64,000 nucleotides of DNA from an uncultured Gemmatimonadaceae bacterium (lineage in GTDB: Bacteria > Gemmatimonadota > Gemmatimonadetes > Gemmatimonadales > Gemmatimonadaceae): contig CAWAGQ010000006.1 of NCBI GenBank assembly GCA_963781585.1, positions 1 to 64,000 of the forward strand. Reading direction: 5' to 3'. The notes under the pieces are model-generated. The model made no database searches. It was given only the letters and a program-made list of their open reading frames with translations, and had not been told where the DNA came from. Shown in pieces: positions 1 to 10,616 of the stretch. The position numbers were made by a program, and so were the translations under genes. Within the stretch, counting starts at the first letter, position 1. Every line of letters starts with the position of its first letter.

Positions 1-329
1 GCGCGCCCTGACCGTCCTGTTCACCGACGTCATCGACCGCACCGCGAGCGAGGCGCTGCTCGCCCACGCCGCTTCGCTTCCGGCCGCGCCACCTGCCGCT
101 GGCCGTCGTGTTGCGCGACCCGCAACTCGAGCGCGTGGCCAACGCCCGCCCGCACACGGGCACCGAAGCGTTCGAGCGCGCGGCGGCCGAAGAGCTCCTG
201 GTGGAGCGCGAAGAGGCGCTCGCCGAGATGCGACGCAGCGGCGTGATCGTGCTCGACGTGCCGCCGGCGGCCGCGGCGCGCGCGGTCGTGGAGCAGTACA
301 TCGCGCTCAAGCGGCGCGCCGCGATCTGA
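1..329 (+). CDS. DUF58-family (MoxR-associated) protein, C-terminal part
   Basis: Runs off the window edge. Translation LTVLFTDV...RHLPLAVVLRDP...AAAEELLVEREEALAEMRRSGVIVLDV...YIALKRR resembles DUF58 C-termini. Confidence 0.7.
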
Positions 330-342
330 GCACCGAAACACC

Positions 343-395
343 GGTCATCCCGGCGAGAGCCCGCCGCGCCAGCGAGGGCGACGAGCGATCTCTCA
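343..395. repeat. Degenerate REP-like palindromic element between convergent genes
   Basis: GTCATCCC...GATCT framework with an internal GC-rich stem; only one copy in the window. Confidence 0.3.
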
Positions 396-405
396 GGCGC
401 CCGAC

Positions 406-777
406 CTACTTCCTGGTCGTGACCAGAATGACGTATTGCACCCTCGACCCCCAGCGCATCTGCGCCTCGGAGGGCGTGAGGTAGCGCACTTCCTGCACAC
501 GACCGACTTCGATGTCGCGCAGCGTTCCCGAGAAGGGCGTGTTGTCGACGTATATGGATGACTGGCCCCACATCGGCCGGATCTGGCGGATCAGGTCGGA
601 CACGCTGGCCACCCCGGGGTGCTGGGCGATCTCCTCGGCGGTGATGACGTTGGTGCGGCGACTGGCTGCTGCGGTTCGCGGCGCTTCGGTCGAAGCGGCG
701 GTGGCGCTGCCGCCGCCGCTGGCGCAGGCCGGCAGCGTCGCGGCAAGGGTCACCAAGAGAAACGTCGAGCTGCGCAT
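406..777 (-). CDS. Small lipoprotein consisting of a TonB-plug-like domain only
   Basis: MRSSTFLLVTLAATLPAC lipobox; VITAEEI, IYVDN and VQEVRYL...YVILVTTRK resemble plug-domain motifs. Confidence 0.7.
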   Translation of the reverse strand: MRSSTFLLVTLAATLPACASGGGSATAASTEAPRTAAASRRTNVITAEEIAQHPGVASVSDLIRQIRPMWGQSSIYVDNTPFSGTLRDIEVGRVQEVRYLTPSEAQMRWGSRVQYVILVTTRK

Positions 778-870
778 GGGGGCTCCGGATGGGGTGAGAG
801 GTCGCGCGGTCCGGGTCGGGAAGAAGAGAGGATCCGGAACGATGCGCAAGAGTACCCGGGCCGCGTCACG

Positions 871-2321
871 TCACATGAACGCCGTTCCATCGATGCCTGG
901 TGGAGCGTCGATCCCGAGCACCCGGAGCACCGATGGCGTCACGTCCACGGTGCGACGCGGACGCCGTGCGGGAGGCCGGCTCAGGAGCAACGGCACCAGC
1001 ATGTGATCCCGGTGTAGGGCGCCGTGCGTGGAGCGGTGGGAGATCGGCTCGTACCAGTCCCGGAAGTCCCACCGCGGCGCGGCGGAAGGATGAGTCGCCC
1101 GACCGCGCCGCGCCCGCGAGCTCGGCAATCTGCACCACCGCGTCCCGGATAGTCTCCATCGATCGACGCCTCGAGCAACGCCTCCGCGCACTCGCGATCG
1201 CGCTCGCCGAGATCCAGTGGGTCGCCGTCGACCGGATGGTACGAGAAGCGAGCATCACCGAGCCGCCGCTGCGCGACGCCCCTGCCCGTCGTGGCCGGCG
1301 CCGCCGTGTGCCGTGTGATCAACGCGCTGCCGCGCCCGCGCGCGCGCACCTCCACGCAATCGGGATCGTGCGCCCGGATCAGGAGGTCAACCGACGGTCG
1401 CTCGCCAAGGTCCGCGGCGAAATCGCTCCATCGGTCGCGCAACGCCGGCCAGAATGGACGCGTCCGATGTCGATCTCGAGGTACAGGTGCGCCATCGCGT
1501 TGCCGCTCACCATCACCGCCACGTCGGCCGGGAGCGTGAACGGGTGCGCGCGCACGCGCAGCCCGGCCGCACGCAGGGCCGTGGCCAGATCGTCGTGTGG
1601 TGCACCGGCGCATGGCCGTGATCGCTGACGATCCAGAGGTGCATGGTCCCCCAGCGTCCGTCGTGCTCCGCGTCGCGCCGAACGGCAGCGACGGCATCGT
1701 CAACCGTGTGCAGGGCTTCGGTCACCTGCGGCGAATCGTGGCCGGCCGCGTGTGAGATCTTGTCGACGCCCGGGAAGGCGGCCATGGCGAAGCGCGGGCG
1801 ACGCGCCGGATGCGGTCCACCCGCGCGCCGCGACCCGGCGCTCGAGGTCGAGCCATCCGCGGGATCACCTCGCCCGTGGATCCACGCGGCCCGGGCCGAG
1901 ATGCCACGGTGGTCCCCACGCGCTGCCGGCCGCTCAGCCCGCGATCGATGAGGCTCAGCGAACCTAACGATTGCCCCGGAGTGAGCTCGAACAGCGTGGG
2001 CGATCCGGCGTCGAGGTCGGAGTCCAGGGCGTGGATGTCGAATCCCACGTAGCTGCGCGAATACCCGAGGAGGGGGCGCACGCGCCGCTGGCGATCGTAC
2101 CATCGGAGTCCCGGCAGTCCTGCCGGCCCGGGGAGTCGGCCCACCAGAAATGGGGCGTAGGCCACCCCGGTCACGCTCGGGAATGCGGTCACGACGGTGT
2201 GCAGCGCGCCTTCGTTGCGGAGCATCGCAAGCGCCGGTGCCTCGCCCCGATCGATCGCACAGCGCAGCGTGTCGGGGCGGAGACCGTCGGCGAGGAGAAT
2301 GATGACGGAGGTGGAGGTCAA
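871..2321 (-). pseudogene. Alkaline-phosphatase-superfamily (nucleotide pyrophosphatase/phosphodiesterase) gene with multiple frameshifts
   Basis: ADGLRPD, FPSVT, VDKISH, SDHGH and HGALHRDHMLVP motifs are spread over several reading frames. Confidence 0.8.
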
Positions 2322-2432
2322 GGATCAGAGGTCATGGGTCGGCCGTCCCTTCGCTGGCGCACAGCGGCATCCCGTCGGTAAACTCAGGCGCGCCGGGACG
2401 TCAGATTCCCGCCGAACACCGTTACCCCGAGG

Positions 2433-3442
2433 GTGATGTCGAAGCGTAAACAGTCGAGCCGCAAGTCTGTCCGGAAGCCCCCGAGCACGGGGGACGCAGG
2501 AACCGGCGACCGGGGCGCCGGTCACGGCGCCGATCAGCCCGCCATCGTCGGCCGCATTACGCGGTCGCGGCGCATCGATCCGGCGCGGCGCGCCTCCGCC
2601 GAACAGCGCTCGCGCGACTATCTCCGCGAACGGACCGAGGAAGGACACCTCCGCGCCGGGCGCACGCCGCCGTCGCAGATGCTCGAGGGCCACACCGCCG
2701 GCGCGATCCGCGAGATCGACACCTCCATCCGCACCTACTTCCCGCTGACCGAGGACGCGAAGCTGCTGCGCCAGCGCGGTGCACCGCTCGACGATTTCAC
2801 CCAGACCGACCCGTGGCGCGTGCTGCGCATCATGGGCGAGTTCATCGAAGGATTCGACGTCTTCGCCTGGCTGGAGAAAGGGGTGACCATCTTCGGATCG
2901 GCGCGCACCGGGCCCGACGACCCGATGTATCAGGCGGCGCAGGAGACGGCGCGGCTGCTGGCCAACGCGGGCTTCTCGATCATCACCGGCGCCGGCCCCG
3001 GTATCATGGAAGCGGCCAACAAGGGTGCGCGACTTGGTGGCGCGCGGTCGGTGGGTGCAACATCGAGCTGCCGTTCGAGCAGGGAACCAATCCGTACGTC
3101 GATACCGTGGTGAACTTCCGCTACTTCTTCGTTCGGAAGACGATGTTCATCAAGTACTCCAACGCGTTCATCATTTTCCCGGGTGGCTTCGGCACGCTCG
3201 ACGAGCTGTTCGAGGCGCTGACGCTCATTCAGACCGGAAAGATCTACCAGTTCCCCCTGATCCTGTTCGGGCGACACTACTGGGCGGGGCTGGTGCGGTG
3301 GCTGCACTCGCGGGTGCTGGGTGAACGCAAGATCTCACCCGGCGACATGGAGCTGATGCTGCTGACCGACGAACCGCGTGAGGCGGCCGAAGCCATCATC
3401 GCCGCCTACGATTCGCAGCAGCGGGAAGCGCGGAAGCGGTGA
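2433..3442 (+). CDS. LOG-family (TIGR00730-type) nucleotide phosphoribohydrolase, one frameshift near 3050
   Basis: VTIFGSAR and TGAGPGIMEAANKG in the first frame; YFFVRK and PGGFGTLDELFE in the second. Confidence 0.9.
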
Positions 3443-3454
3443 ACGGGCGCTTCC

Positions 3455-4696
3455 ATGGCTAAAGACAGGAAGGCCACCGGACGCCCGCTCGGCCTCAAGG
3501 CGTCGCGCGTGGGACGGCCGGTGCGACGTGCCACCGCCGGCGGTCCGAAAGCCGAGCAGAAGCAGGCGGCTGAGGAGCGCGAGCGCGCAGGCGCGGCCCA
3601 TCTGGCCGCCGAGCGGAGCCGGTTTCTCCGGGGACGCCGCATCGACCCGCGTCCAATCGATGGCAGCGAGCGCGTGGCCGATCTGATCGACGAGACGTAC
3701 CTCGCCTACAACGCGGGCCGGCTTCGCGAAGCCTGCCATCTCTTCGCGGAGAAGATGCTCGCGCCCGACGTGACGGTGGGTCTCACCATGACCGGTGCGC
3801 TCACGCCGGCCGGACTCGGGATGTCGGCCATCATCCCGCTCATCGACGCCGGTTTCGTGGACTGGATCGTCTCCACCGGCGCCAATCTGTACCACGACAC
3901 ACACTTCGGGCTCGGGCTGTCGATGCACCAGGGAAACGCGCAGACGTCGGACATCGTGCTGCGCGACGAAGGCGTGGTCCGGATCTACGACATCTTCTTC
4001 GACTACGACGTCCTGCTGTCCACCGACGCCTTCTTCCGCACCATCGTGCAGGGCCCCGAGTTTCAGCGCGCGATGTCGAGCGCCGAGTTCCACTCGTTAT
4101 GCGGCAGGTACGTGCGGGAGCGGGAACGCGTGCTGGGAATCGGCCGGAAATCGCTGCTCGGCGCGGCCTGGGACGGCGGGGTGCCGATCTACACCTCGTC
4201 GCCCGGCGATTCGTCGATCGGGATGAACGTGGCCGCGCTGGCGCTGTCGGGGAACAAGTGCGTCATCGACCCCAACGCCGACGTGAACGAGACCGCGGCG
4301 ATCGTCCTCGACGCCAAGCGCAAGGGCGGGAAGAGCGCCGTGGTCATCCTCGGCGGCGGGAGTCCCAAGAATTTCGCGCTCCAGACCGAGCCGCAGATCC
4401 AGGAAGTGCTGGGCATCGACGAGAAGGGGCACGACTATTTCCTGCAGATCACCGACGCGCGACCGGACACCGGTGGGCTGTCGGGCGCCACGCCGGCCGA
4501 AGCGGTGAGCTGGGGGAAGATCGACCCCGACCGGCTCCCCGATGCGGTGGTCTGTTATCTCGATGCGACGGTGGCCCTGCCCCTGCTCACGTCATACGCC
4601 TTGGCGCGGCGGAAGAAGCGCCGGCTCCGGCGGCTCTACGGGAGACGTGTGCAGCTGATGCGCACACTCAAGCGCGAGTTGGCGAGAGCGAAGTAG
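3455..4696 (+). CDS. Deoxyhypusine-synthase-like protein
   Basis: [17 protein letters not shown] and [16 protein letters not shown] motifs. Confidence 0.92.
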   Translation: MAKDRKATGRPLGLKASRVGRPVRRATAGGPKAEQKQAAEERERAGAAHLAAERSRFLRGRRIDPRPIDGSERVADLIDETYLAYNAGRLREACHLFAEKMLAPDVTVGLTMTGALTPAGLGMSAIIPLIDAGFVDWIVSTGANLYHDTHFGLGLSMHQGNAQTSDIVLRDEGVVRIYDIFFDYDVLLSTDAFFRTIVQGPEFQRAMSSAEFHSLCGRYVRERERVLGIGRKSLLGAAWDGGVPIYTSSPGDSSIGMNVAALALSGNKCVIDPNADVNETAAIVLDAKRKGGKSAVVILGGGSPKNFALQTEPQIQEVLGIDEKGHDYFLQITDARPDTGGLSGATPAEAVSWGKIDPDRLPDAVVCYLDATVALPLLTSYALARRKKRRLRRLYGRRVQLMRTLKRELARAK

Positions 4697-4720
4697 GGCG
4701 CCTGGTTTTGGACCAGAGCG

Positions 4721-4780
4721 ATGGCCGATGGCCTTCGGCCTCCCCATGGCCTATGGCCTATGGCCTATGGCCTGTGGCCG
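4721..4780 (+). repeat. Heptamer tandem repeat (ATGGCCT)n
   Basis: Four exact units at 4746-4773 with degenerate flanking units; overlaps the stop codon of the convergent gene. Confidence 0.9.
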
Positions 4781-5560
4781 AATCTCGCTTTTCACCGCGG
4801 TAACCAGATTCCGCTTCGAGTATTCGCCCGCCGAGAAGATCCCCGGAAGCCCTTCGCGGCCCAGTACGGCGAGCTGGATCGCGCGGTCGCTCCAGCCACG
4901 CGCGGCGAGTTCCTCGACGCGGCTGATAACCTCCTCGAGCCACGCCACCTTCGCTTCCAGGGCGCGTACCGGCGAGGGAATGAGCCCGCGATGCGCGTCG
5001 AACATCCGCCCCGGGCCTAACGCGATGGCCGCGCGCAGGCTGCGCACCAGCTCCCGCGGGCGCTCGTGCAGATGGGCCACGCTCACCTTCACGCCGAGGA
5101 ACAGGTCGGCCGAGAAGAGCGTCCCCTCGCGCGCATCCCAGACGACATGATGATCGTGCGCGTGTCCCGGTGAAGACACAAGCCGCAGGTCGGAATCGGT
5201 GAGCGGGATAACGTCCGATTGCAGGGGGACAGGACTGCCCCACGTGAAGCGCCGGTAGAACGCAATGCGGCGCGGGGCGCGCACGTCGTTCAGCGTCGCG
5301 TGGCCGATCGCCAGCGGGATCCCCCACCGCGCCAGCCGCTGCACGTTGCCGGCGTGGTCCTCGTGGCTGTGGGTGATGAACGCGCCCCCGATCCGCTGTC
5401 GCTCGAGGAAGGCCAGGAGGGGGTGGCCGATGGCGGGGAACCCGGAGTCCACCAGCATGCCGCGCACCAGGTACACGCTCACCGACATGCCGATGAGGCG
5501 ACTGCGCAGGTGAGTCAGCTCCAGCCGTGTCACGTCGCCGTGGCGTTCGATCCGGATCAC
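4751..5560 (-). CDS. MBL-fold metallo-hydrolase
   Basis: THSHEDHAG, PGHAHDH and FSADL motifs. Confidence 0.9.
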   Translation of the reverse strand: MIRIERHGDVTRLELTHLRSRLIGMSVSVYLVRGMLVDSGFPAIGHPLLAFLERQRIGGAFITHSHEDHAGNVQRLARWGIPLAIGHATLNDVRAPRRIAFYRRFTWGSPVPLQSDVIPLTDSDLRLVSSPGHAHDHHVVWDAREGTLFSADLFLGVKVSVAHLHERPRELVRSLRAAIALGPGRMFDAHRGLIPSPVRALEAKVAWLEEVISRVEELAARGWSDRAIQLAVLGREGLPGIFSAGEYSKRNLVTAVKSEIRPQAIGHRP

Positions 5561-5595
5561 AGGGGAAGTGTAGCCACGCGCCGCCGGCCGGCGAA

Positions 5596-5624
5596 TTGAA
5601 ATGCCGCCCGCGCATGGTTAGGTT
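5596..5624 (+). promoter_or_regulatory. Putative sigma70 promoter of greA
   Basis: TTGAAA-17 bp-TAGGTT about 60 bp upstream of the ATG. Confidence 0.45.
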
Positions 5625-5686
5625 GCGGAACATGCAGCGCCCGGCCTGGAGAGGTCGGGCGCTCCCTTTTCTACCCGCGCGCCCCC

Positions 5687-6163
5687 ATGTTCGAGGCCCT
5701 GAAGCACAAGCTCAGCGAGGAAGTCGAGCGCCTGACGCACGAGCTCAACGTCGTGCTGCCCAACGAGATCCGCAAAGCGGTGGAGCTCGGCGACCTGCGC
5801 GAGAACAGCGAATACAAGAGCGCGCTCGAGCGGCAGCAATTCGTCCAGGCGCGGCTCGGCCAGCTGCGCCAACGGCTGAGCAAGCTGTCGCAGATCGACA
5901 TCTCGCAGATTCCGGCCGACAGGGTGGGACTCGGCTCGCGCGTGGTGGTGGAGTGCCAGGAGACGAAGATGATGGAGACGTATCACCTCGTCTTCGGCGA
6001 CTTCGAGAATTTCGACGAGGGGCACGTGACGATGTCGTCACCGATCGGCCGCGCGCTCATCGGGAAGGAAGTCGGCGACGACGTGCTGCTCAAGCTTCCG
6101 ACGCGGGTGCGGCGGCTCCGGATCGTCCAGCTGCGAACGATCCACGAGGAGAACGGGGCGTAG
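5687..6163 (+). CDS. greA: Transcription elongation factor GreA
   Basis: GDLRENSEY and SPIGRALIGKEVGD motifs. Confidence 0.93.
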   Translation: MFEALKHKLSEEVERLTHELNVVLPNEIRKAVELGDLRENSEYKSALERQQFVQARLGQLRQRLSKLSQIDISQIPADRVGLGSRVVVECQETKMMETYHLVFGDFENFDEGHVTMSSPIGRALIGKEVGDDVLLKLPTRVRRLRIVQLRTIHEENGA

Positions 6164-6395
6164 CCAACCGGGGATTGCGCCGGACAGCGGCTAGGAGCGC
6201 TGCATCCGCGCTGTCGACTGCTCCTGCTGTTTGCGAAACCGTCAGAGCGACGATCCGCCGCCTGGAAGCCGCCGCCTGAGGAACCCGGTGCGCCGGTGCA
6301 TCGGCAGCGCGAGCTGACGCCTGATCTGTTCGCCGAGCGCCCGCTCCGATTCCTTGCGCAAGGCCGAGGGACGGCGGCGCGGCCGGCGCCTGGAG

Positions 6396-6854
6396 CTACC
6401 TCTTCTCACGGAGTGTTCTCCGCAGGATGGGGAGCACGCCGCGGTCCTGAGGACGATTGGCGGCGGCCTTGCTTCGAATGATGTCCTCGAGATCAGCCAC
6501 GAGCAGGGGGTGATCACCGAAATGCACTGCGGTGGCGCGTGCTCGGAGCGATTCGAACTTCCGGATGCCGTCGACCTTTGCCATGAAGTCGAGCTGCAGG
6601 CCGTCGCGGTCGCGGATGACGCGGTACAGTCCGGAAGCAGGATAATATGGATGCATCACAACCGCATCGAGGTCGTCGGCCAGGCGACGCAGCTTGCGCA
6701 GAGTGGCGTCCGACTTTCGAAACATGAAGTCGAGGTCGAGGGTGGTTACCGGCGCACCCTGAAGGGCGGCGGCGGCGTTGCCGATGAGAACGGCATCGAG
6801 GCGGTGCTTCGCCAGCAGGCGCGCCGTGAGCGCGAGGAGTCGCTCTGCCGTCAT
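6396..6854 (-). CDS. Nucleotidyltransferase-fold protein (TA-associated type)
   Basis: IGNAAAALQGAPVTTLDLD and LEDIIRSKAAANRPQD motifs. Confidence 0.75.
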   Translation of the reverse strand: MTAERLLALTARLLAKHRLDAVLIGNAAAALQGAPVTTLDLDFMFRKSDATLRKLRRLADDLDAVVMHPYYPASGLYRVIRDRDGLQLDFMAKVDGIRKFESLRARATAVHFGDHPLLVADLEDIIRSKAAANRPQDRGVLPILRRTLREKR

Positions 6855-7140
6855 GGCTGAAGACTAATGACGATTGCGGGCGCTGGGCCATCGCGGCGCC
6901 GCGAGCGCTGGTGGCGAATCCGGCCGCGGACCGGAAGTTCCTTCTCATGTTCTATTCGGAGGAGTTGCGGATGTTGATGCGTGCACGGCGGTCCTGGGCG
7001 GAGCCGGATCGAGCGACCCTGCGGGACATTCGTCGCGCCTGCGGGTGATAGTCGCGGCCTAAGTCCGTTGATCCCTCAGGCCAGCTCCAGCTTGTGGGCG
7101 CGACCGGGGGGGGGGGTATCGTGAAGTCTGTCCGTGGAGG

Positions 7141-7980
7141 TTGCGTCGTCGTATGCTTGGACGTGAGTTGCAGGAGCAGTATTCGGGCCCGCGAGGGCAC
7201 GTATATGTCGCGATCGAGGAGTCGGCGGGGTGTCGCCGAGCGGTCCGCGCGGCGGTGGCGGTCGCAGACAAGGTCCACGAAGTGCCGATGCTGGACGAGG
7301 TAGAAGAGCAGTCCGAGGTCGATGAGCCGAGAGTGATCATCGTCGGATTGCGAATGCAGGGGAGAGAGCTCTCCCCGTCGCTGCTGCGAGCGTTCCGCCG
7401 ACGCGACCCGGTGACGTCGATCATCCTGTGCGTGACGGCGGGCGATCGCGCCATTGGGAATGTGGCTGGGCTCTGTCGCGCGGGAGTCGACGGCCTGGTG
7501 GTGTTTCACCACGGGCAGGAGGACGACTCCGAGCTCGTGAAGGAGATCGACGAGCGGCTGATGCACGCGCTGGCGCCACCGTACCGCGACGCGCTGGCAT
7601 GGACCGACCGGTCGCGGGGAGCGTTCGAGCAGGAGTGGGTGGCTCGGAACGCCTGGGAACCGCTAGACGTGGTCGACATCGCGGACCACTTCTCCTTGAG
7701 CCCGAAGACTGTCTGCCGCGACCTTAAGGTCATGGGCTGGAAAGACGCCAAACGCGCTCTCGACGGCGGGCGCCTTCTGCACCTCGGGGCAGTCCTCAAC
7801 GATGATCGCGTGACACTCGAGCAGGCCGCGGAACAGCTCGCATTCGGGAGTGGTAGCGCGGTCTCTCATTTCGTACGTCGAGTGACGCGTCGAACGGCGG
7901 CAGGCTTTCGAGAGGATGGGGCCATCGACGCCGCGACCGTCCACTGGACGTCGCGCGGACATCCTGGCCCGCGAGGATAG
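7141..7980 (+). CDS. AraC-type regulator with degenerate receiver-like N-terminus (start uncertain)
   Basis: Double HTH: VVDIADHFSLSPKTV and TLEQAAEQLAFGSGSAVSHFVRR. Shares RAGVD with the gene at 35265. Confidence 0.75.
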   Translation: MRRRMLGRELQEQYSGPRGHVYVAIEESAGCRRAVRAAVAVADKVHEVPMLDEVEEQSEVDEPRVIIVGLRMQGRELSPSLLRAFRRRDPVTSIILCVTAGDRAIGNVAGLCRAGVDGLVVFHHGQEDDSELVKEIDERLMHALAPPYRDALAWTDRSRGAFEQEWVARNAWEPLDVVDIADHFSLSPKTVCRDLKVMGWKDAKRALDGGRLLHLGAVLNDDRVTLEQAAEQLAFGSGSAVSHFVRRVTRRTAAGFREDGAIDAATVHWTSRGHPGPRG

Positions 7981-8286
7981 GCTCTCGCTCTCGCCATTGA
8001 GCGCTGGTCCGCCGCGTGGTGGCGGCGCCTCGCGGCATCGCTCCGGCCGCAACGGCGGCGCCCACCGCCGATGCGTCCGACAGCACCGACATCGCGTCAG
8101 GCCAAGACTCGTGACGGAACCCGTCAACGGTTGTCCGAAATGGTCATTGTCGAACCACAGGTTGGCCTCAAGATTGAAAACCGCTTGCGTTCTCGTTACG
8201 TCGTCCAGCCGGTTCATCGGCCTGCGAGTGTCTCGCCAGCCTCGACATCCTGAGGAGCTGTTGATGTTCACCAGTGTGACGGCGCC

Positions 8287-9480
8287 ATGGTGCGCCATCC
8301 GAACGGAGCCTTCGTGACAGCGTTCGCTCAATCCGATCGTGTTGGACGGGCGATTCTGTCCATCGTGCTGTCGCTGGTGGCCGCCGTTGCGCCCCACGAT
8401 CTGCGGTCGCAGCGAGTTGTGCGGATCAACGAAGACGTGTCGTGTCGGTCATGTGAGATCGTGCTCACCCCTGGGCCCCGATTGGGTGATGCGGACGGAC
8501 CAGGGTCGCTGGTGGCAGAACCGAGTAGCCTTGCATCGGATAACCACGGCCGATTCTACCTGACTGAGTTCACGACCGCCCAACCGCCGCTGGTCTTTGA
8601 TTCTCAGGGACGATTCCTGCGGGAGTTGGGCAGACTGGGACCGGGACCCGGTGAGTTCCTGATGGCGCGCTACCTCGTGGTTGGTGAGAGCGACAGTGTC
8701 TACGTGACCGATGCTCAGGCTGGCAGATTGAGCGTGTTCACTCCTGAGCTTTTGTTGGCGAGATCGGCGTCCGACGCCGGAGTGGCCAGAGGAATGTCGT
8801 TCGAAGTGCTGAACAACGGTTCGATCGTCGTCGCAACGGACGTCCTGACGAGAGAACGCATCGGATTCCCGCTGCATCTATACGGTCCAGGCCTGGAATT
8901 CTTGAAGTCGTTTGGTGCCGATACGCCGGCGTTTGATCCGGGTCACCCGCTTCTCTCGCGCCGGCGTCTGAGCCGCAGCCACGACGGAGGCCTCTGGTCG
9001 GCACGAGCGACGGAGTATGTGATCGATCGGTTCGATTCGAACGGGCGTAGGACGTTGCGCGTGGTGAGGCAGGCGCCGTGGTTCCGCCCCCACCAAGGGC
9101 CGAATCTGATCGAGGACCCGGAACCTAAGCCGAGAATCATGGCGATTTCCGAGGACTCCCTGGGCCGGTTGTGGGTGCGTACGGTTGTCAAGGACGACCG
9201 GTGGAAGACGGCACTCGGGTACAATCTGCCCTCTCGGCTTGGAGGGGGACGCTCGCCCATGCCGGTTATCGTCGACGAGGACCGCTACTTCGATACGATC
9301 ATCGAGGTGATCGACGTCGAAAAGGGCAAACTCGTAGCCACACGACGGGTCCCCCAGGCAATCCCAATCATTGTGGACGAGAAACACGTTGCCAGGCGCC
9401 GCGAGGATCCGTCGGGTGCCTACTACATACAGCTCTGGTCGGTGTCTGTCAGAGACACCGCGCGTCACACCCCACGGTAA
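8287..9480 (+). CDS. Secreted 6-bladed beta-propeller (NHL-like) protein
   Basis: Signal peptide; CRSC; FDSQGRFLRELGRLGPGPGEF; DSLGRLWV. Confidence 0.8.
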   Translation: MVRHPNGAFVTAFAQSDRVGRAILSIVLSLVAAVAPHDLRSQRVVRINEDVSCRSCEIVLTPGPRLGDADGPGSLVAEPSSLASDNHGRFYLTEFTTAQPPLVFDSQGRFLRELGRLGPGPGEFLMARYLVVGESDSVYVTDAQAGRLSVFTPELLLARSASDAGVARGMSFEVLNNGSIVVATDVLTRERIGFPLHLYGPGLEFLKSFGADTPAFDPGHPLLSRRRLSRSHDGGLWSARATEYVIDRFDSNGRRTLRVVRQAPWFRPHQGPNLIEDPEPKPRIMAISEDSLGRLWVRTVVKDDRWKTALGYNLPSRLGGGRSPMPVIVDEDRYFDTIIEVIDVEKGKLVATRRVPQAIPIIVDEKHVARRREDPSGAYYIQLWSVSVRDTARHTPR

Positions 9481-9482
9481 CA

Positions 9483-9704
9483 AGGAGGCAAGATTCAGTC
9501 GCGCATCTTGCTGACCTGCCAGACCTGTTGGGGTTCTCCGATTGTCTCCACGCGCCAGGAGTGATGGCCGCGATCGCGCAGGATCGCGTTTTCGCGGCCG
9601 GGCTTGGAGTTACCGGTACCCCAACGTTCATCGTGAATCGTGAATGGGTGCAGGGGTTGAGCCCGCCGGCGCTCCGACTGCTTCTGCTCTCCAAGATCCA
9701 CTAA
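9483..9704 (+). pseudogene. C-terminal remnant of a DsbA-like gene
   Basis: GLGVTGTPTFIVNREWVQGLS nearly matches SIGVTGTPAFIVNREWLQGVS of 38929..39579. No start codon or CxxC is present. Confidence 0.8.
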
Positions 9705-9794
9705 GGCTTGTCTCAGCTTTGCGAAATCCCATATTGGCGAGCGCAGGAAGGTCTTCGTGAGCAGGCCACCCATTCGACGCGTGCGAGGCCGAAG

Positions 9795-10616
9795 ATGAGA
9801 ACGCGAGCGACTCGGCCGTGGCTCGCCAACTTGGCGATTGCCACCCACTTCGCAATCGTGCTGCCTGCAGGGGCGCAGAACCCGGCACCTGCGGCGATAC
9901 GCGTGGTGAGCGGTGTCACGACCGATTCCGCTGGGCACCCCCTCGCCCATGCCACCCTGTGGATCGGCGCCGCGCCGCGCGGCGTCAGTAACGACTCCGG
10001 TGGGTTCCGCCTCACGATTCCGGGCAAGGCCGTGACGCTCGACGTGAGGCGGCTCGGGTACCGTCCCGCGCAGGCGCCACTGCCGGCAGGTGGCGACACT
10101 GTTCTGACCATTGCGTTGGCGCCGATCGCCACCCGACTGACCGCGGTCCAGGTGACCGCTCCGCCCACGCGGAGCTTGGAACTCCATGGGTTCTACGAGC
10201 GGATGGCCGACCACGACAAGTGGGGCGGATCCGGCCAGTTCGTGACGCCGGAGGAAATCGAGTGGCGGAGGGTGGGCAGGGTCACCCAGTTGCTGGAGAA
10301 CCGGCACGGCATCGTGGTCCGGCGGGTCGGCGATTGCACGGTGACGTCGCGATGTTGGGTGGCACTCGGCCCCACGGACTGCATCATGACGGTCTACTTG
10401 AACGGACAGCGACAGTTGCCTGAAGGAGGAGCCGGACTCCAGGGATTCGTGCCGTCGAATGCAACGCCAACTCCAAAGAGCGTCCCGTGGATGGATGACG
10501 TCGTCTCGACCAACGAGATCGCGGGGATCGAGATCTACCAGCGGGCGGTACAGGCGCCGCCGCAATACCAGATGCTCAACGGCACGTGCGGCGTGATTCT
10601 GATCTGGACGAAATAG
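9795..10616 (+). CDS. Secreted carboxypeptidase-regulatory-like plus TonB-plug-like protein, no barrel
   Basis: VRRLGY, GFYERM, FVTPEEI, VYLNG, IAGIEIY and CGVILIWTK, followed by a stop codon. Confidence 0.85.
   Translation: MRTRATRPWLANLAIATHFAIVLPAGAQNPAPAAIRVVSGVTTDSAGHPLAHATLWIGAAPRGVSNDSGGFRLTIPGKAVTLDVRRLGYRPAQAPLPAGGDTVLTIALAPIATRLTAVQVTAPPTRSLELHGFYERMADHDKWGGSGQFVTPEEIEWRRVGRVTQLLENRHGIVVRRVGDCTVTSRCWVALGPTDCIMTVYLNGQRQLPEGGAGLQGFVPSNATPTPKSVPWMDDVVSTNEIAGIEIYQRAVQAPPQYQMLNGTCGVILIWTK

Noticed and set aside
350..405. Glycine riboswitch suggested by CTCTCAGG
   Set aside because: It lies between convergent 3' ends and lacks CCGAAG; it fits a REP-like element better.
8264..8317. 17-aa ORF (MFTSVTAPWCAIRTEPS) with a GAGGAG RBS as a fourth peptide
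   Set aside because: It is too short, has one Cys and no signal peptide; it may be the frameshifted true start of the propeller gene.
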